This document shows positions 9,693-19,153 of a DNA stretch of 64,000 bases, one piece after another. The notes below the pieces were generated by a model. It was not told where the DNA came from. It saw only the letters and a program-made list of their open reading frames with translations, and did no database searches. Position numbers and translations under genes: made by a program. Position 1 is the first letter of the stretch; each line of letters opens with the position of its first letter. This DNA comes from Candidatus Bathyarchaeia archaeon. Lineage in GTDB: Archaea; Thermoproteota; Bathyarchaeia; Bathyarchaeales; Bathycorpusculaceae. Location: NCBI GenBank assembly GCA_049515895.1, contig JBEKTQ010000004.1, forward strand, positions 1-64,000, in the 5' to 3' direction.

Positions 9693-11707
9693 GCGAATCC
9701 AAACTGTTGGTCAGGGGAGCAGGAAAATACGTGGATGACATCAAACTGCCCAATATGCTGTATATGGCTGTAGCTAGGAGTCCTTACGCACGGGCACGAG
9801 TACTTTCGGTAAAAGGTGGTTTAAACCGAAATGAATTAAAGGGATTCGGAGGCGGCGGAGGGGAAGGTTGGGGCGGAGATGTAAAATCTGTTTTGATGCA
9901 CCCCGTTTTCGCAAGAGACACAGTAAACTATGTCGGGCAGCCAGTTGCGGCAGTGTTTGATGAAGATCGTTACACAGCTGAAGATAAGCTCGATGAAGTA
10001 GAAGTTCACTATGCGGAGCTAAAGCCGTTGATGACCATAGAAGAGGCGCTTTCAGGCGACCCATTGCACGCAGGAACAAAATCAAACATAATTACGCAAA
10101 GATGGCTGGGCACCGATTTTGAAGACCCAAAATCACCCGTTGTCTTGGAAGACGAGTTTTCAATTGCTCGAATCGTAAATAACCCTTTAGAACCCAGAGG
10201 CTTGATCGCAGATTATGACGGCTCCAACTTAACCGTTTACATTTCCGCGCAAGCGGTTTTCAGCATCAAAGACGGCTTGGTTTCATCGCTTAAGCTAGAT
10301 GAATCCAAGGTGCGGGTTATTCAGGCAGATACTGGCGGCGCATTCGGAGCAAAAAGCGCGTTGTACCCCGAATACATCATGGCGGCTTACGCGGCTATGA
10401 AGTACAAACGCCCTGTAAAATGGATTGAAAGCCGCAGTGAACATTTAGCCGCTAGTCAACCTGGCAGAGGAGTACGCGGTAAGATGAAGATATTCGCCGA
10501 TAAAAACGGTAGGTTAACGGCACTGCGCGGTGAAGTATCGGTGGATGCAGGCGCTTTTGGCGGAACTGCGGGGTCCAACTCGCCGTTTTTCATAGCTATG
10601 CAGTTAACTGGTCCCTATGGCATTGAGAAAGCGCATGTATTTGCTAGGGCAGTCATGACTAACAAGCCTCCTCAGGGTCCTTACCGAGGCGCAGGCAGAC
10701 CTGAAGCCGCCTTCTTTAGGGAGCGAATGATGGATTTGCTGGCGGATGAGCTTGGAATGGAGGCTGACGAAGTTCGCTTAATTAACACCACAAATGCAAA
10801 CTTCAAATCCCCCTTAGGTTTAGAAATTGAAGCCTCACGCCCATTCTTCAAGCAAGCAGTCTTAGACTTAAAATACAAGGAAAAATCAAAAAGCGATAAA
10901 GCTGGACTCGGATTTTTCGTTTTACTTTCCGCCATTTGGGGGGGAGAGTCCGCAAGGATAGATGTTCAAGATGGGAAAGTAAATGTTTGGCTTGGCGGGA
11001 ACCAGCATGGACAGGAACACTATGTTTTTGTTAAGAAATTGCTTAACGAAGAACTCGGCATCCCGCAAGAAATAGTAACTTTGAACAAAGGGGACACTGG
11101 AACGCTTAAGGATGGCGTGGGAACTTGGGGAAGCAGGAGCGCCGTTGTCGCAGGAGCTGCAATCATTTCTGCAGCACAAAAACTGAAGAACCAAGTAGAG
11201 CGAAAACATGGGCGCTACTCATTAGAAAAGTTGCTGGAAGGCAATTACTCATCTGAGGTTTATGAAAATCAAAATGTTCAGCTTAACTCCTTTGGCGCGG
11301 TTGTTGCAACGGTTAGCGTCGACAAATTTGGCTTGGTTAAGGTGAAAGAATGCGCTGGCTGCTATGACGTTGGCAGGTCACTTAATCCGAAGATGGTTGA
11401 AAGCCAAATCATCGGCGGAACCATGCAGGGTATAGGTCAAGTGCTCTACGAAGAAGTTGTGCATGATGCTGAAGGCAACTTGCTTACAAAAAACCTCTTC
11501 GAAGCGGGGTTACCAACAGCCGACAACATTCCCAAATTCTCCATCCAGATAGTTGAGAACCCGTCCTGGATGCCGCATCACGCCAAAGGGCTGGGAGAAG
11601 CCCCAACGATAGGTGTCCCCGTCGCTGTGGTTAGAGCCATTGAAAGGGTGTCAGGAAAACGCATAAGACATACGCCAGTTAAACCCCAAGAACTTATCGA
11701 ATATTAG
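9689..11707 (+). CDS. Xanthine-oxidase-family molybdopterin-binding large subunit (aldehyde oxidoreductase/CoxL form II-like)
   Basis: TGGAFGAK, PYRGAGRPE, GTWGSRS, QIIGG..QGIGQ.LYE, KGLGE. It lacks the form-I CODH AYxCSFR motif. Confidence 0.9.
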   Translation: MSESKLLVRGAGKYVDDIKLPNMLYMAVARSPYARARVLSVKGGLNRNELKGFGGGGGEGWGGDVKSVLMHPVFARDTVNYVGQPVAAVFDEDRYTAEDKLDEVEVHYAELKPLMTIEEALSGDPLHAGTKSNIITQRWLGTDFEDPKSPVVLEDEFSIARIVNNPLEPRGLIADYDGSNLTVYISAQAVFSIKDGLVSSLKLDESKVRVIQADTGGAFGAKSALYPEYIMAAYAAMKYKRPVKWIESRSEHLAASQPGRGVRGKMKIFADKNGRLTALRGEVSVDAGAFGGTAGSNSPFFIAMQLTGPYGIEKAHVFARAVMTNKPPQGPYRGAGRPEAAFFRERMMDLLADELGMEADEVRLINTTNANFKSPLGLEIEASRPFFKQAVLDLKYKEKSKSDKAGLGFFVLLSAIWGGESARIDVQDGKVNVWLGGNQHGQEHYVFVKKLLNEELGIPQEIVTLNKGDTGTLKDGVGTWGSRSAVVAGAAIISAAQKLKNQVERKHGRYSLEKLLEGNYSSEVYENQNVQLNSFGAVVATVSVDKFGLVKVKECAGCYDVGRSLNPKMVESQIIGGTMQGIGQVLYEEVVHDAEGNLLTKNLFEAGLPTADNIPKFSIQIVENPSWMPHHAKGLGEAPTIGVPVAVVRAIERVSGKRIRHTPVKPQELIEY

Positions 11708-11726
11708 TAGATGGGGCGCGGCTTAA

Positions 11727-12554
11727 ATGAGCAAGAAAGAAAGCTACAAAGAAACTTTAACTACCCTATTAGACGAGGCCCTTGAAGCAGGAAAAGAAGA
11801 GAAGCTGAAGGAATATTTGATTTCAAACAGCAATCTTCCTGGGCCCAGAGCAAACTTGGAATTAGCTGAAGCTTTTGCTTTTGTTACCGAGTTTTGCGCT
11901 CAAAAAGTAGGTGAAAAACTGTGGAAACTAAATATGGAACTAACCTGTTTCTCTCCAACTGAAGCACCTGTGAATAGCGCTATGGAGTTTCTTGTCTTCT
12001 GCGGCGTTCGCGGTATTGGTTCTCTCGGGTCATCTGCACCATTCTTTGAAAATGCCATTGTGCGCCTGAAAGAATTAGCGAGCGATCCTCGGTGGAGAAC
12101 AAGAGAGGCTGTAGCAATGGCAATTCAAACTCTGATCAAAAGGCAACCGCAAAAAACTCTCAAAAAAATTGAAGAGTGGATTGAGGATAGCAATTGGCTC
12201 GCGATGAGGGCAGTGGCAGCAGGAGCAGCGGAACCTGCTTTACTTAAAGATATGCAAACTGCAAAATCAGCACTTGAATTACACAAGAAGATATTTACCA
12301 AAGTACTTGACTCGGGGGAGCGGGAGTCCTCCGAATTTAAAACGCTAAAACAAGGGCTAGGTTACTCATTAAGTGTCGTGGTAAGTGCTTTTCCCTACGA
12401 GGGTTTCAAGTACATGCGACAACTAGTGGACGCCCAAGACGAAGATGTTCTTTGGGTCATAAAAGAAAATCTCAAGAAAAACAGACTGACAAAAAACTTT
12501 CCGCAAGAAGTCGCGTCAATGAACAAATTATTGGCTAAATCGCAGGTTGCTTGA
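11727..12554 (+). CDS. HEAT-repeat protein (AlkD/DNA-alkylation-repair-like fold), co-oriented in the molybdoenzyme operon
   Basis: SNLPGPRANLEL, ASDPRWRTREAVAMA, W.IKENLKKNRL; helical repeat pattern. Confidence 0.65.
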   Translation: MSKKESYKETLTTLLDEALEAGKEEKLKEYLISNSNLPGPRANLELAEAFAFVTEFCAQKVGEKLWKLNMELTCFSPTEAPVNSAMEFLVFCGVRGIGSLGSSAPFFENAIVRLKELASDPRWRTREAVAMAIQTLIKRQPQKTLKKIEEWIEDSNWLAMRAVAAGAAEPALLKDMQTAKSALELHKKIFTKVLDSGERESSEFKTLKQGLGYSLSVVVSAFPYEGFKYMRQLVDAQDEDVLWVIKENLKKNRLTKNFPQEVASMNKLLAKSQVA

Positions 12555-12603
12555 TTAATCAAGGACTAAAACGCTAGCCTAAAATTGATAACTTGGATTG
12601 TAA

Positions 12604-13416
12604 ATGATGGTGAATTATACGCCCTCCGATTTAGAGATTTTAAATGAAGCATCACGTTTGCTGGAAAAAAGAAAAATCGTTGCTCTCTGCACAGTTGTCG
12701 AGAAAAAAGGGTCCGGTCCTAGAGACATTGGGGCGAAGATGCTTATTAGCGAGGAGGGAAAGAATTTTGGCACGATAGGCGGAGGCAACGTTGAACGAGC
12801 CTTGCTTGATGAGTGTTTGAGGGCAATGAAAGAGCGCAAATCCAAGAAAGTCACGTTCAATCTGAATAAAAGCTCGAAAGAAGGTACAGTCGGAACTGCT
12901 ATGATTTGCGGCGGCGAATTAACTGTGCTTGTGGATGTATTGGAACCCGTTCCGAGACTCGTAATTGTCGGCGCTGGGCATGTTGCCTCACCCTTAGCGA
13001 AGCTAGCCAGCAATGCAGGCTTTAAAATCGTCATAGTTGACGACGAACGTAAATTAGCCAATAAAGATCAGTTTCCTATGGCTGAAACGATCATTGCAGG
13101 TGACTACGCGCAAATCCTCAGCGAGTTCGAGTTAACTCCACATGACTCAGTAGTTATCGCTCACGGGGAACCGGAACATGATTATGCCGCGTTAAAAGGC
13201 GTGATTGAGAAAAACGCTTCTTACGTTGGCTTACTTGGCAGCCGAACGAAAGCTACGATTCTTACTGAGAGACTTAGAAGTGAAGGAGTAGATGAGGCAC
13301 ATGTGAAGGCCCTGCATGCTCCGTTAGGTTTAGACATAGGCGCGGAGACCCCTGAAGAAATCGGAGTAAGTATACTAGCGCAAATCATTCAGTTCAAGCG
13401 GCAAAGGCAAGAATAA
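12604..13416 (+). CDS. xdhC: XdhC/CoxI family Moco insertion chaperone
   Basis: GSGPR..GAKM, GTIGGG, MICGG, GAGHVA, YVGLLGS, PLGLDIGAETPEEI. Confidence 0.92.
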   Translation: MMVNYTPSDLEILNEASRLLEKRKIVALCTVVEKKGSGPRDIGAKMLISEEGKNFGTIGGGNVERALLDECLRAMKERKSKKVTFNLNKSSKEGTVGTAMICGGELTVLVDVLEPVPRLVIVGAGHVASPLAKLASNAGFKIVIVDDERKLANKDQFPMAETIIAGDYAQILSEFELTPHDSVVIAHGEPEHDYAALKGVIEKNASYVGLLGSRTKATILTERLRSEGVDEAHVKALHAPLGLDIGAETPEEIGVSILAQIIQFKRQRQE

Positions 13417-13430
13417 ACAAAAAACCGCAA

Positions 13431-14045
13431 TTAAGGAGTTTGGCTTGTTTTCATTGATTTGCATATTCTGTTGTAGTCATGGGGTGTATCAATATCCATG
13501 ACTGTCCACCGCGGCGCCTCGACTGTAACCAGCTTGTCAGCGTGCCTGTAGACAACGTCGCGGATGGTCTGGGGATTCTTCAAATCTCTTATCTCTGGGA
13601 ACAGTTGGCTGTGAAAAAGCAGCGGATGCCCCCTCTTTTCTCTGTGAATCGGGCTTACAATCAAAGCTTCGCCCCTACTTTTCTCCATTTTCTCAATCAG
13701 GAAGCGTAGAACCTTCGGGTCAAAGATAGGCTCGTCACCGAGAACCAAAAATGCTGTATCCACATGTGGCAGCGACCGTAGCCCTATTTGAAAAGAAGAA
13801 GTCATCCCCTGCTCGTAGTTCGTGTTTATTCCTATCTTAAGCGTATTCAGTCTTGATCTCACAGCTCCAATTATCTCCCCAGGTTTGTGCCCAACCACAA
13901 GCACCTGATCATTAATGCCTGCGATTGTCAACGCATCCAGAACGTTTTCTATAAGCAGCTTTCCATCAAAACGCAAAAGAAGCTTGTTTTTACCCATTCT
14001 CTCTGACTTGCCAGCCGCTAATACAACCGCTCCAATAATCATCAA
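13431..14045 (-). CDS. mocA: Molybdenum cofactor cytidylyltransferase (MocA-like)
   Basis: VLAAGKSERMG.NKLLL, GMTSS, LGDEP, GHPLLF, DIDTP.DY; adjacent to the xdh-type operon. Confidence 0.85.
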   Translation of the reverse strand: MMIIGAVVLAAGKSERMGKNKLLLRFDGKLLIENVLDALTIAGINDQVLVVGHKPGEIIGAVRSRLNTLKIGINTNYEQGMTSSFQIGLRSLPHVDTAFLVLGDEPIFDPKVLRFLIEKMEKSRGEALIVSPIHREKRGHPLLFHSQLFPEIRDLKNPQTIRDVVYRHADKLVTVEAPRWTVMDIDTPHDYNRICKSMKTSQTP

Positions 14046-14339
14046 ACAACCCTGCCCAAAACCTGAAAACCGAGCTACTTATCTTATTGTAATTCAAACG
14101 GAAATAATAAATTAATTGTAGAGTCGGCTTCCAACTTGGATTTAGCTGAGACCGGTTGACCAGCTCAATCGGGTTGAAACTGCCTAGTGCCAACTCAGCT
14201 TTAAACAAGAAACTTTCTGTCCGTTTTTTCTTCAAACGTTCAGCCTTAATTGTTTCGTTAAGCAAGTTGTTTTTAAAGTTGTTTTGCATAGCCTCTATAA
14301 GTTAACCCTAAGCTTAGCGGTTAAGAAGGAGATGGTTGG

Positions 14340-15074
14340 GTGGACTCGGTTGACGTTGTGCTGTTAACTAAGAACAGCGATAGAAAACTCAAAGAATGCC
14401 TAGAATCTGTCTATAGCAACGTGCCAGTGTCAAGACTCATAGCAGTCGACGGCTACTCAACGGACAAAACCTTGGATGTTCTTAGTTGGTTCAACGAAAA
14501 ATACCACAACGTAAAAATCATCATGGACAAAGGAAACCGCGCCACCGCACGCCAAAAAGGCATAGCTGACGTAAATACAGAATGGTTTCTCTTTGTCGAC
14601 AGCGACGTCGTGCTATGCGACGACTGGTACAAAAAAGCACGACAATATATTGATGCCGACGTAGGCGCCGTTTGGGGAACAGAGGTTTGGTCAACAATCG
14701 GAAGCACAGTTACCATGGGAATTTTCTTGCGGATTACAAGGAAAATTTTTGAAGTTCGCGGCGGAACACATGACACTCTAATCAAAACGGAACTAGTCAA
14801 AGACATCGTAATTCCAAAAAAACTCCACGTTTACGAAGACGCCTACATAAAAGACTGGGTTGAACAAAAAGGCTACCGCGTAGTTCCATGCTACGTTCCA
14901 TTTTGCATTCACTACCGACCACCGAACGTTTGGACATTTGGCGGCAGCGTAGGTTTGATGGCTGAAGCTTTCATGCTTGGAGATCCAAAGTGCATTGGCA
15001 AGTTGCTGGCTCCCTACGCGTTCTACTCAGGATATGCTATTTATGAGTCTGCCAGGCGTGAGGGCCGTCACTAA
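14340..15074 (+). CDS. Glycosyltransferase family 2
   Basis: VDGYSTDKT, FVDSDV (DxD), EDAY. Confidence 0.88.
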   Translation: MDSVDVVLLTKNSDRKLKECLESVYSNVPVSRLIAVDGYSTDKTLDVLSWFNEKYHNVKIIMDKGNRATARQKGIADVNTEWFLFVDSDVVLCDDWYKKARQYIDADVGAVWGTEVWSTIGSTVTMGIFLRITRKIFEVRGGTHDTLIKTELVKDIVIPKKLHVYEDAYIKDWVEQKGYRVVPCYVPFCIHYRPPNVWTFGGSVGLMAEAFMLGDPKCIGKLLAPYAFYSGYAIYESARREGRH

Positions 15075-15136
15075 ACTCATCTTTTTAAGCGCTAAATGTG
15101 TATGTGCTAACAAAACCTAAAGGTTGAGGTGCATCG

Positions 15137-16006
15137 ATGGATCAAGTTGACGTTGTACTGCTGACCAAGAACAGTGAGCACCTGTTAAGCAAAAGCCTGG
15201 CGTCGATTTATGAAAACGTTCCAGTGAAAAAATTAATCGTTATCGACGGCTTCTCCACTGATAGAACCCTGCAAATCTTAGGCGCGTTCAACAAGATGCA
15301 CGGAAACATTGTGCTTTTTCAGCTGGACGGCTCAAGGGCTAAAGCACGAACTGAAGGCATACGCCACGTCACCACTGAATGGTTTTTGTTTGTCGATAGT
15401 GACGTTGTACTCTGTAAAGAATGGTACAGAAAGGCGCAAGCGGACCTATCGTGTGGCGTCGCGGCCGTTTGGGGGTTAAATGTCGATGTTATCCCCAACG
15501 TGCTGGACCGGCGAATTCTTCGTTTACAGGGAATAGTTGCACGGGAATGTTTCAAGCTGCGCGGCGGAACCCACGACACCCTGATTTTAACCAAGGCGGT
15601 GAAAGGCATAAGGATCCCCGAGCACCTGCATACTTACGAGGACGCCTACATCATTGGGCACATTAAGGAACAAGGCTACAAAGTGTCAGTTGGTACGGAA
15701 GCCTACTGCCTCCACTATAAGCCACCTACCGACTGGAGCATAAAAAAAGGTTTCTCACAAGCCATAGTCGAATTCAAGTGCGGCTTAGTCTACTCGCATC
15801 TATACCAATACATGCTCTTCTACCCAGCTTTCCTGCTCAACTGGATATTCCAAGTTCCTCTCAACTGGTTAAGAAACAATTCAACGACGAGACCTAACTT
15901 GAGTCAGCGTCCCGCCCTCATGAAGAAAATCTTCGAAATAGACCCCGATAAGATCAAGCCTTTTTCAGAAAAAAAACCCGCGAAGAAGCCTAAGCTTGAA
16001 TCCTAA
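15137..16006 (+). CDS. Glycosyltransferase family 2, tandem paralog of the preceding gene
   Basis: IDGFSTDRT, FVDSDV, RGGTHDTLI, EDAY. Confidence 0.88.
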   Translation: MDQVDVVLLTKNSEHLLSKSLASIYENVPVKKLIVIDGFSTDRTLQILGAFNKMHGNIVLFQLDGSRAKARTEGIRHVTTEWFLFVDSDVVLCKEWYRKAQADLSCGVAAVWGLNVDVIPNVLDRRILRLQGIVARECFKLRGGTHDTLILTKAVKGIRIPEHLHTYEDAYIIGHIKEQGYKVSVGTEAYCLHYKPPTDWSIKKGFSQAIVEFKCGLVYSHLYQYMLFYPAFLLNWIFQVPLNWLRNNSTTRPNLSQRPALMKKIFEIDPDKIKPFSEKKPAKKPKLES

Positions 16007-16051
16007 ATTGCAATACGGCATCTTTCTCTGGTTTGTTCATTTTTAACATGG

Positions 16052-17059
16052 TCAGCGTGTTAACGCGATCCACAGGTGGTCTGAAACTGGTCTTGGCAGC
16101 ATCTCAGCCGAGTCGTCCTTGTGTATCAGTATGCGCTTGTGCGGGCTCGGGTTGAACTCGCCGATGACTTCAGCGTAAATACGTTGCTGGCACAAGCTGT
16201 CGACTATTTTGCCTGCGGCATCTGGCTCAGCAGCGATTAATAGTGCACCCGAACTGATTAATTGCAACGGGTCAATTTCGTAGTATCTGCAGATTTTCAC
16301 GGTTTCAGGCTCAACCGTGATTTTTTCCTCAAAAACCCTCGTGCCTAGCCCTGCAGCATCTGCCATTTCGTGGATCCCGTTGAGTATTCCGCCTTCGGTA
16401 GGGTCATGCATGGCATGGACTCCGCCGGCCCTGTAGGCGGTCATTGCGTCCTTTACTACGCTGATCTGACTGTAGAAGCTTTTCGCGCTGTCAAGCACTT
16501 GTGGGCTGAGGACTTTTTTTAGCTGTTCTTCGCGGTCAGAAGCTAAGATGGCTGTGCCTTCGATTCCCGCGCTCTTGGTTAGAATCAGTTTGTCGCCTGA
16601 TTTTGCGCCTGCCGCAGTTACGTAATTGCCTTTTTCGGTTAAACCCATGATGCACCCGACCACTATGGGGCTAGTTAATCCTGGCGTTGATTCACAGTGA
16701 CCGCCAACAATCGCAACGCCAAGGTCCTTTGCCGCAGCGTTCATTTGTGTGCTAATTGCTTCCACGATTTTGCTGTCAGCATTCTCAGGCAACATAATGC
16801 AGGAGAAGAAGAAGGCTGGTTCAACCCCGAAGGTTGCGACGTCGTTGGCGTTGATGTTAACTGCTTCCCAGCCTATGCGTTCAACCGCGCCCGTTATCGG
16901 ATCCATCGAGACAACAGCGTTTTTGCTTCCCACATCTAAAATTGCGCCGTCCAATCCTGCGGCGGGACCCAAAACAACCTCATTACGTTCTGCACCCAGA
17001 TTTTTGAACACTATTTCCTTTAGGATTTCGATAGGGATTTTTCCCAGGGGAAGTTTCAT
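16052..17059 (-). CDS. AIR synthase-related (PurM/ThiL/HypE-like) protein
   Basis: GP..G.D, DPITGA, NANDVA..G, VGGH.E, MHDPTEGG, ISSGALL. Confidence 0.85.
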   Translation of the reverse strand: MKLPLGKIPIEILKEIVFKNLGAERNEVVLGPAAGLDGAILDVGSKNAVVSMDPITGAVERIGWEAVNINANDVATFGVEPAFFFSCIMLPENADSKIVEAISTQMNAAAKDLGVAIVGGHCESTPGLTSPIVVGCIMGLTEKGNYVTAAGAKSGDKLILTKSAGIEGTAILASDREEQLKKVLSPQVLDSAKSFYSQISVVKDAMTAYRAGGVHAMHDPTEGGILNGIHEMADAAGLGTRVFEEKITVEPETVKICRYYEIDPLQLISSGALLIAAEPDAAGKIVDSLCQQRIYAEVIGEFNPSPHKRILIHKDDSAEMLPRPVSDHLWIALTR

Positions 17060-17078
17060 AGTTTATCCTTTGTGAAAT

Positions 17079-17651
17079 CTAGCTTTTAAGCTGTGGCTGT
17101 GGACTTTTGCCGTATTCTGTGGTTTGGGGTTTGCCTTGGTTTCTCCAGGCTTCCGGCAGTCTCTTACGCAGTACAAAGGCAACAATGATGCCAACTGTTC
17201 CACCCACAACTATCTGCAGTATGTTTGCAGGCACTTCAACTAGTGCTGCATATCCTTCTGAGAGCCCGAAAAACTCTGCTAGGAAATATCCCGTTACCAT
17301 TTCTGTGCCTGCGATGACGACGGCTAAGATGTCTCTTTTTTTGCTTAGCCTGTTGGATATTAAACCTGCTATGAGTCCTTCAGCGCCCTTTATGATTAGT
17401 GTGAACGGCGAAAAGTAGGCGTATCCTGTGGCCACATCGGATATTGCCGAGCCGACTCCGCCTGCGAAGCCGCCGACTATGGGTCCGAAAGTGAAGGCGC
17501 TGACGAAGATCATTATGTCGCCGAAATTTAGGTACCCTCTAGTCGCTGGAATGTAGATTTGCACTAGGGCAGTTGTGACTGCGACTAAGGCCGCCATGAT
17601 TCCTGCCTCTGCAACTATGACAGTTGGTCTTCTCTCGGTTTTTGATCCCAT
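17079..17651 (-). CDS. ECF transporter S component
   Basis: Hydrophobic; IPATRGYLNFGD, GG.AGGVGSAISD, TLIIKG, N..Q. Confidence 0.88.
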   Translation of the reverse strand: MGSKTERRPTVIVAEAGIMAALVAVTTALVQIYIPATRGYLNFGDIMIFVSAFTFGPIVGGFAGGVGSAISDVATGYAYFSPFTLIIKGAEGLIAGLISNRLSKKRDILAVVIAGTEMVTGYFLAEFFGLSEGYAALVEVPANILQIVVGGTVGIIVAFVLRKRLPEAWRNQGKPQTTEYGKSPQPQLKS

Positions 17652-17800
17652 GCTTTAGCCTTCGATAGCCGATAATGTGTTTTAACAGCCCCTTTTATCT
17701 TATACTGTTCACCGATTAATCCGCGTCTCAAAACCAAGACGACTTGCAAAAAGGGAAAATCTAAATGGAAGTTCTCGCAGAATATTGCAAGTGATAAGTC

Positions 17801-18202
17801 ATGAGTGTAAGAGAAGATCCGATTAAACTTCATAAAGACGCTAACGCGTTAATGGAAAACGGCCACTACGCCGAAGCACGGGACCTTTTCATAAAAGTAG
17901 CAGACATGTACTATAAAGGACAAAACTACTTTGGCTCGGCCGAAATGAACTATAAAGCCGGGGAATGCAGCTTCCAACTAAAAGATTACCAGAAAGCTGC
18001 AGAGCTCTTCATGAAATCGGCTGATGTAGCTTTCGGCAAGGGATTTGACCGATACGGACTTAGTGCGCTTGAACAGGCGCGGGATAGCCAAAAAGCTTTG
18101 GGCAACACCGATGAAGAAAAGGAACTTAATAAGAAAATTCAAGAAATCAACGATAAACAAAAGGAGCCCGAAGGCGAATCATCGTTCTCTATATTTTCTT
18201 GA
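17801..18202 (+). CDS. TPR/SNAP-like helical repeat protein
   Basis: Repeating A...F.K.A pattern (YAEARDLFIKVA; YQKAAELFMKSA); acidic-aromatic C-terminus. Confidence 0.6.
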   Translation: MSVREDPIKLHKDANALMENGHYAEARDLFIKVADMYYKGQNYFGSAEMNYKAGECSFQLKDYQKAAELFMKSADVAFGKGFDRYGLSALEQARDSQKALGNTDEEKELNKKIQEINDKQKEPEGESSFSIFS

Positions 18203-18298
18203 TCGTTTAGCATCCCCAAAACAGATTTTTTTCTCTTTTGATTTCTTCTCTCAATAATTTCAGCTTAATCTTTTTTAAAGAGGATAAGTTTTTTGGGT

Positions 18299-18685
18299 TT
18301 ATTTTTGAAAGCTTTTTAAGAATTTTCTTTTATCCAAATAGTTTGCTAAAATCACAAGGATGAATACGAATAAGATTGCGGTTCCAATAGTCGAAAAAAC
18401 GGCGAGAAACAAATCGAGAGCTATTTTTAATAATATGTACCTGTAAAAATTACTTATTGAACCATAAACAAATAATGATTCTAAAGCTAAAATTCCTAAG
18501 ACTGCTAAGCGATCTTTAGTTTTTTGGTTTAGCGGTTTTATCTTTCTTCCCTCATAGGAGGACTTCGTTTTTTGAAATTGCATGAATATTCTATTTTGCC
18601 TTATATTGTTGATAGGTTCAAATCGGTTGATTTGTGCCCGTAGCCCCGGATCCAAAGAAGTTGTGTCGTTTTCTATGTAGCCCAC
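18299..18685 (-). CDS. Hypothetical membrane protein (2 TM), AT-rich
   Basis: 128-aa ORF with two hydrophobic segments; no family recognised. Confidence 0.45.
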   Translation of the reverse strand: MGYIENDTTSLDPGLRAQINRFEPINNIRQNRIFMQFQKTKSSYEGRKIKPLNQKTKDRLAVLGILALESLFVYGSISNFYRYILLKIALDLFLAVFSTIGTAILFVFILVILANYLDKRKFLKSFQK

Positions 18686-18765
18686 TTGTCCTTCTCAACT
18701 TGTAATTCCCTGTCCTCTAAATATTTGTTATGTTATTCTAAACGGGCGATTTGCAACATTTTGGT

Positions 18766-18978
18766 TTACTTGATTGTTTTCCTTTTCCTGATTGTGCCCT
18801 TAAAGTTTTGCACGGTCTCTTTACAAACGCCTGGTTTCCATTTGCAAATACCTTCAATTATCTCTTTAAGATAATATTCGAGTTCTTCATTTGTTAAGTC
18901 GGCAGCGCGGTCAACACTATAAACAATTTCGTCTTTTTTTCGGCTTACTGTTACTGACAATAAAACATCGTTATCCAA
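18766..18978 (-). CDS. Small hypothetical protein
   Basis: 70-aa ORF with protein-like composition; GAGG lies upstream of the TTG start. Confidence 0.45.
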   Translation of the reverse strand: MDNDVLLSVTVSRKKDEIVYSVDRAADLTNEELEYYLKEIIEGICKWKPGVCKETVQNFKGTIRKRKTIK

Positions 18979-19153
18979 AGGGATTTTCAGCCTCTGATTC
19001 TATTAGATTTAATTTGAATTTAAGCTTTTTACACTTTAAATTCCTTTATGGGAAGAGAAAAGATGGATAAAAACAAAATAAAGCCTGAAAGAATAAGCAA
19101 TCAAAATAAACAGCGAAACCACATCTTTGGTAGTAGTATTCTAGGTCCAAATT

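Noticed and set aside
9689-11707. Aerobic CO dehydrogenase CoxL (form I)
   Set aside because: The active-site loop is PYRGAGR, not AYxCSFR.
13990-14289. 99-aa minus-strand ORF upstream of mocA
   Set aside because: It has a GAGG before the ATG but overlaps mocA out of frame and has no family features; not supportable.
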